Assembly: GCA_964358305.1 (NCBI GenBank)
Contig: CAYHOJ010000001.1
Span: forward strand, 1 to 49,483
Direction of reading: 5' to 3'
Length of the DNA: 49,483 nt
DNA from: an uncultured Gammaproteobacteria bacterium
GTDB lineage: Bacteria > Patescibacteriota > Microgenomatia > UBA1406 > GWC2-37-13
The notes beneath the pieces were generated by a model, which saw nothing but the letters and a program-made list of their open reading frames with translations, was not told the origin of the DNA and did not search any database. Below, piece after piece: positions 17,743 through 25,674 of the stretch (positions within the stretch are counted from its first letter, which is position 1; every line of letters begins with the position of its first letter). The position numbers were made by a program, and so were the translations under genes.

Positions 17743-19869
17743 ATGAGCATTAATATGGATTCAAAATATCAGCCGCAATTAGTCGAAGAGAAAATTTATA
17801 AAGAGTGGGAGGAAAAAGGTTATTTCAAAGCAAGTGTTAATAAAAAGAAAAAACCATTTTCAATTATTTTACCTCCACCAAACGCCAACGGTAGTCTTCA
17901 CTTGGGACACGCAATGTTTACCTATGAAGACATCATGATCAGATTCAATAAAATGATGGGAAAGGAAACTCTTTGGTTATTAGGACTAGATCATGCAGGG
18001 ACAGAGACACAATTTGTATTTGAAAAATATTTAAAAAAACAAGGCAAAAGTCGATATGACTACAAACGTGATGAACTTTATAAAATGATTTGGGACTATG
18101 TGGCTGAAAATAAAAATAATATTAAAAACCAATTAAAACGATTAGGATTTGCTCTTGATTGGAGTCGGGAAAAATTTACAATGGATCCAGAGATAGTCAA
18201 AATTGTTTATAAAACTTTTAAAGATTTATATAATCAAGGATTAATTTATAGAGCAAATAAATTAATTAATTATTGTACTAACTGTGGAACTTCATTTTCA
18301 GATCTGGAGGTAGTTTACGTTGAGAGAACTGATTCATTGTATTTCATGAAGTATGGACCTTTCACTTTGGCAACAACCAGACCAGAAACAAAGTTTGGTG
18401 ATACCGCTGTGGCTGTTCACCCTGACGATAAGCGTTATCAGAAATGGATAGGTAAGGAGATAGAGGTTGATGGACTAATAGGAAAATTCAAAGTAATAGT
18501 GGTTGCCGATTGGGCAGTTGATCCTAAATTTGGAACAGGGGCAGTAAAAGTCACACCAGCTCATGATTTTAACGACTATGAAATTTCCAAAAGACATAAC
18601 CTTCCCATGAAGCAGGTGATAGGATTTGACGGTAAGTTAAATGAACTAGCCGGGAAGTATCAAGGGTTAAGAATTTTTTCTGCTCGTCAACAGGTTGTTG
18701 CGGACCTCCAAGCAAAAGGGCAGATGGTAAAAATAAAAGAAGATTATGTACATCGTGTAGGAACGTGTTATAAGTGTGGAAAAGTTCTTGAGCCGCTCCC
18801 AAAAGAACAATGGTTTATAAAAATAAAACCCTTAGCTGATAAAGCAAAAGAACTAATTGAAAAAAAAGAAACTGAAGTTTTACCAAAAAGGTTTAAAAAA
18901 AGATTAACAACGATTTTAGATGATTTTATTGATTGGAATATATCTCGTCAGGTTGTGTGGGGCATACGAATTCCAGCTTATCGATGTAAGGCAAAAAATG
19001 AATGGTTTATTTCAACAGATAAGCCAGATAAATGTCAGATCTGTGATGGAAATGATTTTGAACAAGACGAAGACACTTTTGATACCTGGTTCTCATCGGC
19101 CCAATGGCCCTACGCCACATTAATGACAGAAGGACAAGAAACTTTTGATTATTTTTACCCAACTTCAGTAATGGAAACAGGGCATGATATACTCCGAGCT
19201 TGGGTTGCCAGAATGATGATGATTGGATATTTTTCCACAAAAAAAACTCCCTTCAAGACAATATTTTTACACGGAATGGTCCGTGATTCCAAGGGTCAGA
19301 AGATGAGTAAAAGTAAAGGAAATGTAATTGATCCAATTCTAATGATTGATAAATATGGGGCCGATGCTCTTAGGTCAGCGCTTATTTTTGGAACCAAAGA
19401 AGGAGGAGATATTTCTTTATCTGAAGAAAAAGTGATTGGAATGAGAAATTTTATTAATAAGATTTGGAACGTTGGAAGATTTATTGAAATAAATAATAAA
19501 GTAGTGGAGCAATTTATTGCTCCAAAAATTAATGGTGCGATGAATCGCACCACAACAAAAACATTATTAAAAGAATTGGAAAAAGAATACAAAAAAGAAA
19601 AGAAACAATATATAAGATACATGGATTCGTATCAGTTCTCAAAGGCTTTGGGGTTAGTCTACGAGTTTATTTGGCATCGGTTTGCCGATTATTACATAGA
19701 ACAATTGAAAGATGAAGTAATTAATGGTAATATAGAAGCTCTCGGTAAATTGAAAGAAGTATATTTAGAGAATCTAAAAATGCTTCACCCGTTTATCCCA
19801 TTTGTAACTGAGACGGTTTGGAAGGTGTTTAATAAGGAAGACAGTTCAATATTAGAAGTTAATTTATAA
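17743..19869 (+). CDS. valS: Valine--tRNA ligase (short form; start may be 17755)
   Basis: [37 protein letters not shown]. Confidence 0.97.
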   Translation: MSINMDSKYQPQLVEEKIYKEWEEKGYFKASVNKKKKPFSIILPPPNANGSLHLGHAMFTYEDIMIRFNKMMGKETLWLLGLDHAGTETQFVFEKYLKKQGKSRYDYKRDELYKMIWDYVAENKNNIKNQLKRLGFALDWSREKFTMDPEIVKIVYKTFKDLYNQGLIYRANKLINYCTNCGTSFSDLEVVYVERTDSLYFMKYGPFTLATTRPETKFGDTAVAVHPDDKRYQKWIGKEIEVDGLIGKFKVIVVADWAVDPKFGTGAVKVTPAHDFNDYEISKRHNLPMKQVIGFDGKLNELAGKYQGLRIFSARQQVVADLQAKGQMVKIKEDYVHRVGTCYKCGKVLEPLPKEQWFIKIKPLADKAKELIEKKETEVLPKRFKKRLTTILDDFIDWNISRQVVWGIRIPAYRCKAKNEWFISTDKPDKCQICDGNDFEQDEDTFDTWFSSAQWPYATLMTEGQETFDYFYPTSVMETGHDILRAWVARMMMIGYFSTKKTPFKTIFLHGMVRDSKGQKMSKSKGNVIDPILMIDKYGADALRSALIFGTKEGGDISLSEEKVIGMRNFINKIWNVGRFIEINNKVVEQFIAPKINGAMNRTTTKTLLKELEKEYKKEKKQYIRYMDSYQFSKALGLVYEFIWHRFADYYIEQLKDEVINGNIEALGKLKEVYLENLKMLHPFIPFVTETVWKVFNKEDSSILEVNL

Positions 19870-19882
19870 TACGAATACCACT

Positions 19883-20017
19883 ATGAAACGTACCTATCAG
19901 CCAAAAAAAGCTAAAAGAGTAAAAAAACACGGATTTTTAAAGAGAATGGATAGTCATGATGGAAGAAAAGTGCTGAAAAGAAGAAGAGGAAAAGGAAGAG
20001 CGAAGCTAACAGTATAA
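19883..20017 (+). CDS. rpmH: 50S ribosomal protein L34 (not in ORF track)
   Basis: [44 protein letters not shown]. Confidence 0.97.
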   Translation: MKRTYQPKKAKRVKKHGFLKRMDSHDGRKVLKRRRGKGRAKLTV

Positions 20018-20118
20018 TACGAATACTACGAATAAAGAAATCCGAATGCTGCAAATTATGCGAATATTCGTATAATTCGTATCATTTGCATAAAGATTCG
20101 TATCATTCGTATTATATT
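20015..20118 (+). repeat. Empty CGAAT/ATTCG two-armed element (copy A)
   Basis: Begins with the rpmH TAA, ends directly at the yidC ATG; arms joined at GAATATTC. Confidence 0.9.
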
Positions 20119-20946
20119 ATGTTAAATCCAAACTTATTTAATACTGTCTTTGTCATTCCAATTTTAAATTTATTGGTTGTTTTTTATAAGTTATTTTTAT
20201 TTATTAAGCTTCCTGGTGCTTTCGGATTTGCGATTATTGCTTTAACAGTCGCTGTCCGCTTACTTTTTCAACCTTTTTTTCAGAAACAGATAGAGACAGC
20301 CAAAAAAATGCAGGAACTCAAACCTCATTTAGATAATCTTTCTTCAAAACATAAAGATGATAAAAAACAACTTCAAGCTGAGCAGTTGAAGCTTTATCAA
20401 CAACATGGAATTAATCCGACTTCCGGTTGTTTGGTAATGATTATCCAACTACCAATCTTTATTGCTTTATATAACACCCTAAATTTATTTTTATTAAACG
20501 GTCATGCAGAAAAGACAATTACGGCTATAAATAAAGTTTTGTATTTTTCTTTTTTGAAAATTGATTCAGTTAATTCTTGGTTTTTTGGATTGGATTTGGT
20601 TAAAACGCCAAAACAAGCCGGTACATGGATATATTTATTAATTCCGTTGATAACAGGAATTCTACAATATTTTCAAGCTCAAGCCTCTATGCCGTCAACC
20701 TCAGGAGAGAAAACCTCCGCGGTTGGCTTAAGCAAGAAACCAGGGCAAACCGCGGAGGTTAAAAACAAGGATGGTGGCGGTGATTTCCAAAAAGCCATGA
20801 ACACGCAAATGAAATACATGTTTCCGCTGATGATCGGTTGGTTCTCATATACTTTGCCAATAGGCTTAGCTTTATATTGGAATATTTTTTCGATTATGGG
20901 TATAATACAGTACAAAAAGGTGAATGGAAAATTAAAAGTTAAATAA
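20119..20946 (+). CDS. yidC: Membrane protein insertase YidC/Oxa1 (start revised to 20119)
   Basis: FGFAIIALTVAVR, LYQQHGINP..GCL..IQLPIF, GLALYW. Confidence 0.95.
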   Translation: MLNPNLFNTVFVIPILNLLVVFYKLFLFIKLPGAFGFAIIALTVAVRLLFQPFFQKQIETAKKMQELKPHLDNLSSKHKDDKKQLQAEQLKLYQQHGINPTSGCLVMIIQLPIFIALYNTLNLFLLNGHAEKTITAINKVLYFSFLKIDSVNSWFFGLDLVKTPKQAGTWIYLLIPLITGILQYFQAQASMPSTSGEKTSAVGLSKKPGQTAEVKNKDGGGDFQKAMNTQMKYMFPLMIGWFSYTLPIGLALYWNIFSIMGIIQYKKVNGKLKVK

Positions 20947-20947
20947 A

Positions 20948-21046
20948 TAATACAAATACAACGAATGAAGAAATGCAAATGACACGAATTATACGAATAT
21001 TCGCATAATTTGCAGCATTCGCATAAAAATTCGTATCATTCGTATT
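20948..21046 (+). repeat. Empty CGAAT/ATTCG two-armed element (copy B)
   Basis: Starts 1 nt after the yidC stop; aligns with copy A. Confidence 0.9.
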
Positions 21047-21060
21047 TTAAAAATAATATT

Positions 21061-21516
21061 ATGGATAAGACACAGGTTATCAAAACTGAAACGGAAGAAC
21101 TATTGGGAAAAATGATTACAAAGTTTGAGGTGGAAGTGACCGATGATGGCGGAGTTTTTCAGGTAATTATTAAAACTGATGAAGAAGTATCAACTGTAAT
21201 CGGTCGCCATGGAGAAACAATCCGAGCCATTCAAAAAATATTAGAAGTAATTCTTTACAAAAAATTTAATGAAAGAGTTGAAATTTTAGTGAACGTCAAC
21301 GACTTTCGGGAAAAACAAAAGGAACGACTTGAAACAATGGCTCGTGAATATGCAGATCAAACCAAAGCAGCCGGAACAGCCGGATATATTCGCTCACTTT
21401 CATCTTTTGAGAGAAAGTTGATTCACGAATTTATAACTGCCAACTATCCTGACCTGACCACTTCGTCAGTTGGAGAGGGTAGGGAAAGACAGTTGGTGAT
21501 TGAAGCCAAAAAATAA
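21061..21516 (+). CDS. jag: Jag/EloR-like RNA-binding protein (KH + R3H, no Jag_N); start revised to 21061
   Basis: VIGRHGETIRAIQ (KH), SFERKLIH (R3H), located after yidC. Confidence 0.88.
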   Translation: MDKTQVIKTETEELLGKMITKFEVEVTDDGGVFQVIIKTDEEVSTVIGRHGETIRAIQKILEVILYKKFNERVEILVNVNDFREKQKERLETMAREYADQTKAAGTAGYIRSLSSFERKLIHEFITANYPDLTTSSVGEGRERQLVIEAKK

Positions 21517-22016
21517 TACGAATACCGCGAATAAAGAAATACGAATATAGCAAATTATGCTAATATTGGGTTATGGGGAAAATTATACACCCAGAGCTTT
21601 CGTTTAAAGTTAATGGAATTCTATTTAAAACTCATAATCAATTGGGAAGATATTATAGCGAAGGACAATATGCTGATTTTGTAGAAAAACTTCTCAAAGA
21701 ATCCAATATTAGGTATGAACGCGAAAAAATACTTCCACCGATATTTGATGGAGAAAAGACTGGAAGAAATAAAGTAGATTTCTTAATAGAAGATACAATT
21801 ATTTTAGAATTAAAATCAAAGACAATAATTACAAAAGACGATTATTATCAAGTAAAAAGATATTTGACGGCGCTAAATAAAAAACTTGGAATTATAGTTA
21901 ATTTTAGATCTTCTTACATTTATCCAAAAAGAGTTTTGAATTCTTCAGCAAATGAATAAGTTTTTATTCGTATAATTTACATCATTTGCATAAAATTCGT
22001 AGATTCGTATTTTATT
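21514..22016 (+). mobile_element. Filled CGAAT/ATTCG element carrying the GxxExxY gene
   Basis: Left arm 21514-21567 and right arm 21965-22016 match the two halves of the empty copies. Confidence 0.7.
21573..21959 (+). CDS. GxxExxY family PD-(D/E)XK nuclease-like protein
   Basis: LGRYYSEGQY, VDFLIEDTIILELKS, QVKRYL, LGIIVNF. Confidence 0.9.
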   Translation: MGKIIHPELSFKVNGILFKTHNQLGRYYSEGQYADFVEKLLKESNIRYEREKILPPIFDGEKTGRNKVDFLIEDTIILELKSKTIITKDDYYQVKRYLTALNKKLGIIVNFRSSYIYPKRVLNSSANE

Positions 22017-22053
22017 AGTTGTTTAGCTTCGTGATTTTTGTTAAAGTGTAATC

Positions 22054-22431
22054 ATGGCTGACGAAAAATTTATTTTAGATGTCAATGATCAAGATGGGTT
22101 TAGAAAGTTTATTGAATATGAAGCAGCTACATTAATTATTTCCCTCCTTGAAAAAGGGTCGGTCGATGAGGATAAGGCAGGTAAGCTTTCACAGTTAACT
22201 CTCGACTTGATAATTCCCGGAATGACCGTTGAGGAACTTTATTTGAGCGGAGTCAAGCTTGATGATCACGATCCAGAATTGGCTCCGGTCGTCTACAAAA
22301 TCATGAAGATCTATGAAGAAAAATTTGAGAAAAAAGCCATCGCTCAAGTCTCAGTCATGGTCAAAAACAAGCAGTTTGGCCAGGCACAGGATTTAGTAAA
22401 AAAAATTTTACAATTTAAGATGGGTAATTAA
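22054..22431 (+). CDS. Hypothetical protein
   Basis: 125-aa ORF; its last 16 codons are duplicated at 24452-24499. Confidence 0.75.
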   Translation: MADEKFILDVNDQDGFRKFIEYEAATLIISLLEKGSVDEDKAGKLSQLTLDLIIPGMTVEELYLSGVKLDDHDPELAPVVYKIMKIYEEKFEKKAIAQVSVMVKNKQFGQAQDLVKKILQFKMGN

Positions 22432-22451
22432 TTCTGTTATAATACTTGAGT

Positions 22452-22754
22452 ATGACCAACGAAAATAAAAATAAGGCAATAAAAATAATCGAGAAACTTA
22501 GACTTATTGAAAGCGAAATATTTCGCCTGTCTTCTAAGTATGGTGTAAAAACAGTTGACGAATTAGACCTTCTAATTAAAAAAGGTAAATTGACTGAAGA
22601 AGATGCCGGAAACGAAGTCTTTCTTTTTGATTATTTGATTAGTGAAAAGGAAATTCTAGAAAAAGAATTAAAAAAATTAGAGATAAGCAAAGCCTTGATA
22701 TGGAAAAATTTGCAAAGTTTGCTCGAATTGCCGAAATTGAGTTTTCAGACATAA
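22452..22754 (+). CDS. Putative antitoxin partner of the DUF6516 protein
   Basis: Small helical protein (KYGVKTVDEL), extended -10 8 nt upstream, overlaps next gene. Confidence 0.55.
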   Translation: MTNENKNKAIKIIEKLRLIESEIFRLSSKYGVKTVDELDLLIKKGKLTEEDAGNEVFLFDYLISEKEILEKELKKLEISKALIWKNLQSLLELPKLSFQT

Positions 22755-23083
22755 TTCTCTCAACTCATTTACTTGATCTAAAACTCAGAATTTACTTTAA
22801 AGACAAAAGTTATCTTGATTTTTTCTATACAACACATCTTAGAATTCAAAGATTTTCGATTCATTGGGAAAGAAATCATGTAGATAAAACAATCTATAGA
22901 CTTGATAATACTCCGGACACAAAATGGAAACGGGTTCAAACATTTCCATTTCATTTTCATGACGGTAAGTATGATAAAGTAAAACAAACACCATTTTTTA
23001 TCAAAGATGACTTCAAATTAGAAGAAATATTTAGAGATTTTTTGAAGTTTGCGAGAAAAATTATTGTTCAAAAAAATGTTTGA
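22700..23083 (+). CDS. DUF6516 / TumE-like putative toxin
   Basis: YRLDNTP...TFPFHFHDG motif. Confidence 0.7.
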   Translation: MEKFAKFARIAEIEFSDIILSTHLLDLKLRIYFKDKSYLDFFYTTHLRIQRFSIHWERNHVDKTIYRLDNTPDTKWKRVQTFPFHFHDGKYDKVKQTPFFIKDDFKLEEIFRDFLKFARKIIVQKNV

Positions 23084-23128
23084 ACCGGTATGAACACCCA
23101 TCCAGACAATTGTAATTATACTAACAAA

Positions 23129-23410
23129 TTAGGTAAATTTTTGAAAGCTAATATTCATTTTATAATTCATTACTTCAGCCATTTTCTCCAGGAAGCCTAA
23201 AGAAGGATTGACGTTGCCAGCTTCAAAACGGGCAATCGCTGACTGTTTGGTACCAATTTTTTGGGCAAGCTCTTTTTGAGTTATCCCATTTTTCAAACGA
23301 GCAGATATTAACTCGGAAATTATTTTATAACGAGGAGCCAACCTATCATATTCCTTTTTGACAGCCTTATTTTGCAAAAGCTCTGATTTTAATTTTTTCC
23401 AGTCTTTCAT
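23129..23410 (-). CDS. XRE-family HTH (HigA-like) orphan antitoxin/regulator
   Basis: ARLKNGITQKELAQKIGTKQSAIARFEAGNVNPS. Confidence 0.9.
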   Translation of the reverse strand: MKDWKKLKSELLQNKAVKKEYDRLAPRYKIISELISARLKNGITQKELAQKIGTKQSAIARFEAGNVNPSLGFLEKMAEVMNYKMNISFQKFT

Positions 23411-23418
23411 ATGAGATT

Positions 23419-23447
23419 AGTATAACATGAATGTTATGTCATGTCAA
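23419..23447 (-). promoter_or_regulatory. Promoter TTGACA-N17-TATACT with operator-like IR ATAACAT-N2-ATGTTAT
   Basis: Consensus spacing; ATG 8 nt downstream. Confidence 0.75.
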
Positions 23448-23475
23448 AAAAATAAATATATCTTTATAAATAAAT

Positions 23476-23674
23476 ATAACTTAACAACGGCCGTGGGTAA
23501 GATATATATCGAAGAAATTACATTGTCCCAAAAATCTAATCAACTACTTTTGTAGGTTATCCTTCGACTTCGCTCAGGACAAGTAAGCGGTTGACAAGAT
23601 TAATACCACTATTTAAATTTAACTTGAGATAAGTTAATTATAAATTACATCTATCCCACGGCCGTGGACAAGAT
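23476..23674 (+). promoter_or_regulatory. Two ACGGCCGT-core palindromes bracketing the interrupted leader motif and TTGACA promoter
   Basis: Palindromes at 23476-23505 and 23649-23674; motif 23548-23589 with a 24-bp insert. Confidence 0.7.
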
Positions 23675-23691
23675 AACTAAATTTCAATATT

Positions 23692-24279
23692 ATGAAAAAT
23701 TTAAAGGAGACAAAGTTGAAAAGAGGACAACTATATTGGTATATCTTAGAAATTATCGGTTTGACTTTAGTATCAGGCGGTAATCCGCTTCGACCGATTA
23801 TTCCTTTGGCTATTAAAGAAATCATTAAAATTCTAAAGGAAGTTAAAAATCTAAATGTTGAGGAGGTAAAAATAAGAAAAAGCTTAGAAAGATTGGAGGA
23901 AAAAGAAATCGTTGATATAGAAGAGAGAGATGGAAAAGTTTTCGTGAGATTAAAAGATCAAAATAATTCGACAATAATAAAATATTCGATCAAAGCACTT
24001 TTAGATTTTAAAAAGAAAGAGAAAAAATGGAATGGAAAATGGTTTCTAATTTTTTTTGATGTACCAGAAATACAAAGAAATAAACGGGATTATTTACGTG
24101 ATTATTTACAAAAAATAGGATTCTATAGATATCAACAGAGCGTTTACATTTTTCCTTACGAGTGTGAAAAGGAGATAGATTTAATCAAAAAGATTGTTGA
24201 GGGAGCAAAATATATGAGGTATATAATAGCCGAGAAAATAGAGGATGAAGAAAGAATTAAAACCTTTTTTAAACTGTAA
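23692..24279 (+). CDS. CPR-type PaaX-like protein (wHTH + Cas2-like domain)
   Basis: KWNGKWFLIFFDVPE..RNKRDYLRDYL..GFYRYQQSVYIFPYEC. Confidence 0.85.
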   Translation: MKNLKETKLKRGQLYWYILEIIGLTLVSGGNPLRPIIPLAIKEIIKILKEVKNLNVEEVKIRKSLERLEEKEIVDIEERDGKVFVRLKDQNNSTIIKYSIKALLDFKKKEKKWNGKWFLIFFDVPEIQRNKRDYLRDYLQKIGFYRYQQSVYIFPYECEKEIDLIKKIVEGAKYMRYIIAEKIEDEERIKTFFKL

Positions 24280-24282
24280 TAA

Positions 24283-24312
24283 TTATCTTACCTACGGCCG
24301 TGGAGGAGTTAA
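24283..24312. repeat. Third ACGGCCGT-core palindrome, 3 nt after the stop
   Basis: TTATCTTACCTACGGCCGTGGAGGAGTTAA. Confidence 0.75.
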
Positions 24313-24451
24313 TTAATTATTTGGGACTTCAGAAGAACTTGGTAGAGGGAGGGTCCGACCCTGTATATATAGACAGGGAGTGAAGATATCTGATATTATA
24401 AAGACATAAAGAGGAATTTAATAAAATTCCATAGGTTAGTAATTTAGCTAA

Positions 24452-24499
24452 GCCCAAGATCTGGTCAAAAAAGTTTTACAATTTAAGATGAGGAATTAA
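24452..24499 (+). repeat. Displaced duplicate of the 3' end of gene 22054-22431
   Basis: 40/48 nt identical by hand; AQDLVKKVLQFKMRN* vs AQDLVKKILQFKMGN*. Confidence 0.85.
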
Positions 24500-24503
24500 T
24501 AAT

Positions 24504-25616
24504 ATGGGTGCACCATTGAAAGATTCAGGACAAGGGCAGATTTATATTAGAGAAGCAAAGCTCAACGTAGTTGCTTCACAAGAAGCTAGACAGGTAGCAG
24601 AAAAAGCCGCAACTCAAGAAAGATTAGCTAAAGAAGCAATACAAAAAGCGCAAGTAGAAAGAGCTAGAGCAATCATAGTTTTAACAGGAGGCAATAAAGA
24701 ATCAGCGCGATTAAGACATGAAGCAATGAGAATGTTGTCCGGCGGAAATGCGACTCAGGAAACAATTGCAAATATGATGAGGGCAGAAACAAGAATCATT
24801 AATAATGAAAATATTCCCACTGATCAAAAGCAAGAAAAATTTCAAAAGGCAAAATCACAGTACGAAAAACTTCTAACATTTGCACAGTCTCGACAGGAGC
24901 AAACAAAAAAAAATATTGAAAAGATGAAAAAATCAAAAGATCCTATCCGCCAAGCTACTGGATTTGATATAGAAATAGCTTTAAAAAAAGCAGAAAAGAA
25001 TAGTTTTAAATTAGAAATAGATAGATATAATGATTTAATTAAGGCGGGTATAAATGATGAAGGCAAACAATTAAAACAGTCAGAATATCAAGAGTATCAA
25101 CTAACAGTAAGTAAACTTACTGAAAAACAAAGTGAGATTACAAAGCAACTTGATGGTGAGGAAGGTAAAGATGGACTAATAACACAAAGAGAAAATATTC
25201 CAGGAAGTAGCAGCATTCCTAATATAGTTGAAAAAATGGCCGTTGCATTAACTCCAGAGGTTGGCACAGAAATACTAAAAGGTGAAAAAATAGCAGGTGA
25301 AAACGCGGCTGCAGAAATTAAATTTGCCGATGAACACCCTGTCGAGTATTTGCAAAATTTTTTATCTGAAGCTTTAACCACTCCTGAAGGAATGAAGAAT
25401 TTAGAAGAAAGAATGGTTAAAGCAAATCTACTCACTGAAGCTGACAAAAAAAGCTTTGAAGATTTTATGAATTTGGGTTTAGATCCAAAAGAAAGAGCAG
25501 CTATGTACGCAAAGAATGGTGGGAAAGGTCTACTTGGATTAAGCGGAATCATGGGCTTGCTTGCCTATCTATCCTGGAAAAAAAGTCAAGAAGGAGCCGG
25601 ACAGCAAATGGGTTAG
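24504..25616 (+). CDS. Hypothetical helical protein with C-terminal TM
   Basis: 370 aa, charged, ends GLLGLSGIMGLLAYLSWKK. Confidence 0.8.
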   Translation: MGAPLKDSGQGQIYIREAKLNVVASQEARQVAEKAATQERLAKEAIQKAQVERARAIIVLTGGNKESARLRHEAMRMLSGGNATQETIANMMRAETRIINNENIPTDQKQEKFQKAKSQYEKLLTFAQSRQEQTKKNIEKMKKSKDPIRQATGFDIEIALKKAEKNSFKLEIDRYNDLIKAGINDEGKQLKQSEYQEYQLTVSKLTEKQSEITKQLDGEEGKDGLITQRENIPGSSSIPNIVEKMAVALTPEVGTEILKGEKIAGENAAAEIKFADEHPVEYLQNFLSEALTTPEGMKNLEERMVKANLLTEADKKSFEDFMNLGLDPKERAAMYAKNGGKGLLGLSGIMGLLAYLSWKKSQEGAGQQMG

Positions 25617-25674
25617 CACTTTCTCCTTGTTTAACTTCTCGAAAATTGATATATTTTTAGTATAGGTAAATTAA

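Noticed and set aside
20086-21060. TTG-extended N-termini of YidC and Jag (also 32504 for the VirB6-like gene)
   Set aside because: Extensions are translations of the CGAAT repeat (HKDSYHSY, HKNSYHSY), not protein.
20015-22016. CGAAT repeats as a CRISPR array
   Set aside because: Units are short, degenerate and inverted, with no constant repeat plus unique spacer pattern and no cas genes.
23415-23445. dif/Xer site
   Set aside because: Better explained as a consensus promoter with an operator for the XRE gene; XerD arm matches poorly.
23692-24279. True Cas2 / CRISPR locus
   Set aside because: Protein has an N-terminal wHTH and PaaX-type motif; no cas1 or array nearby.
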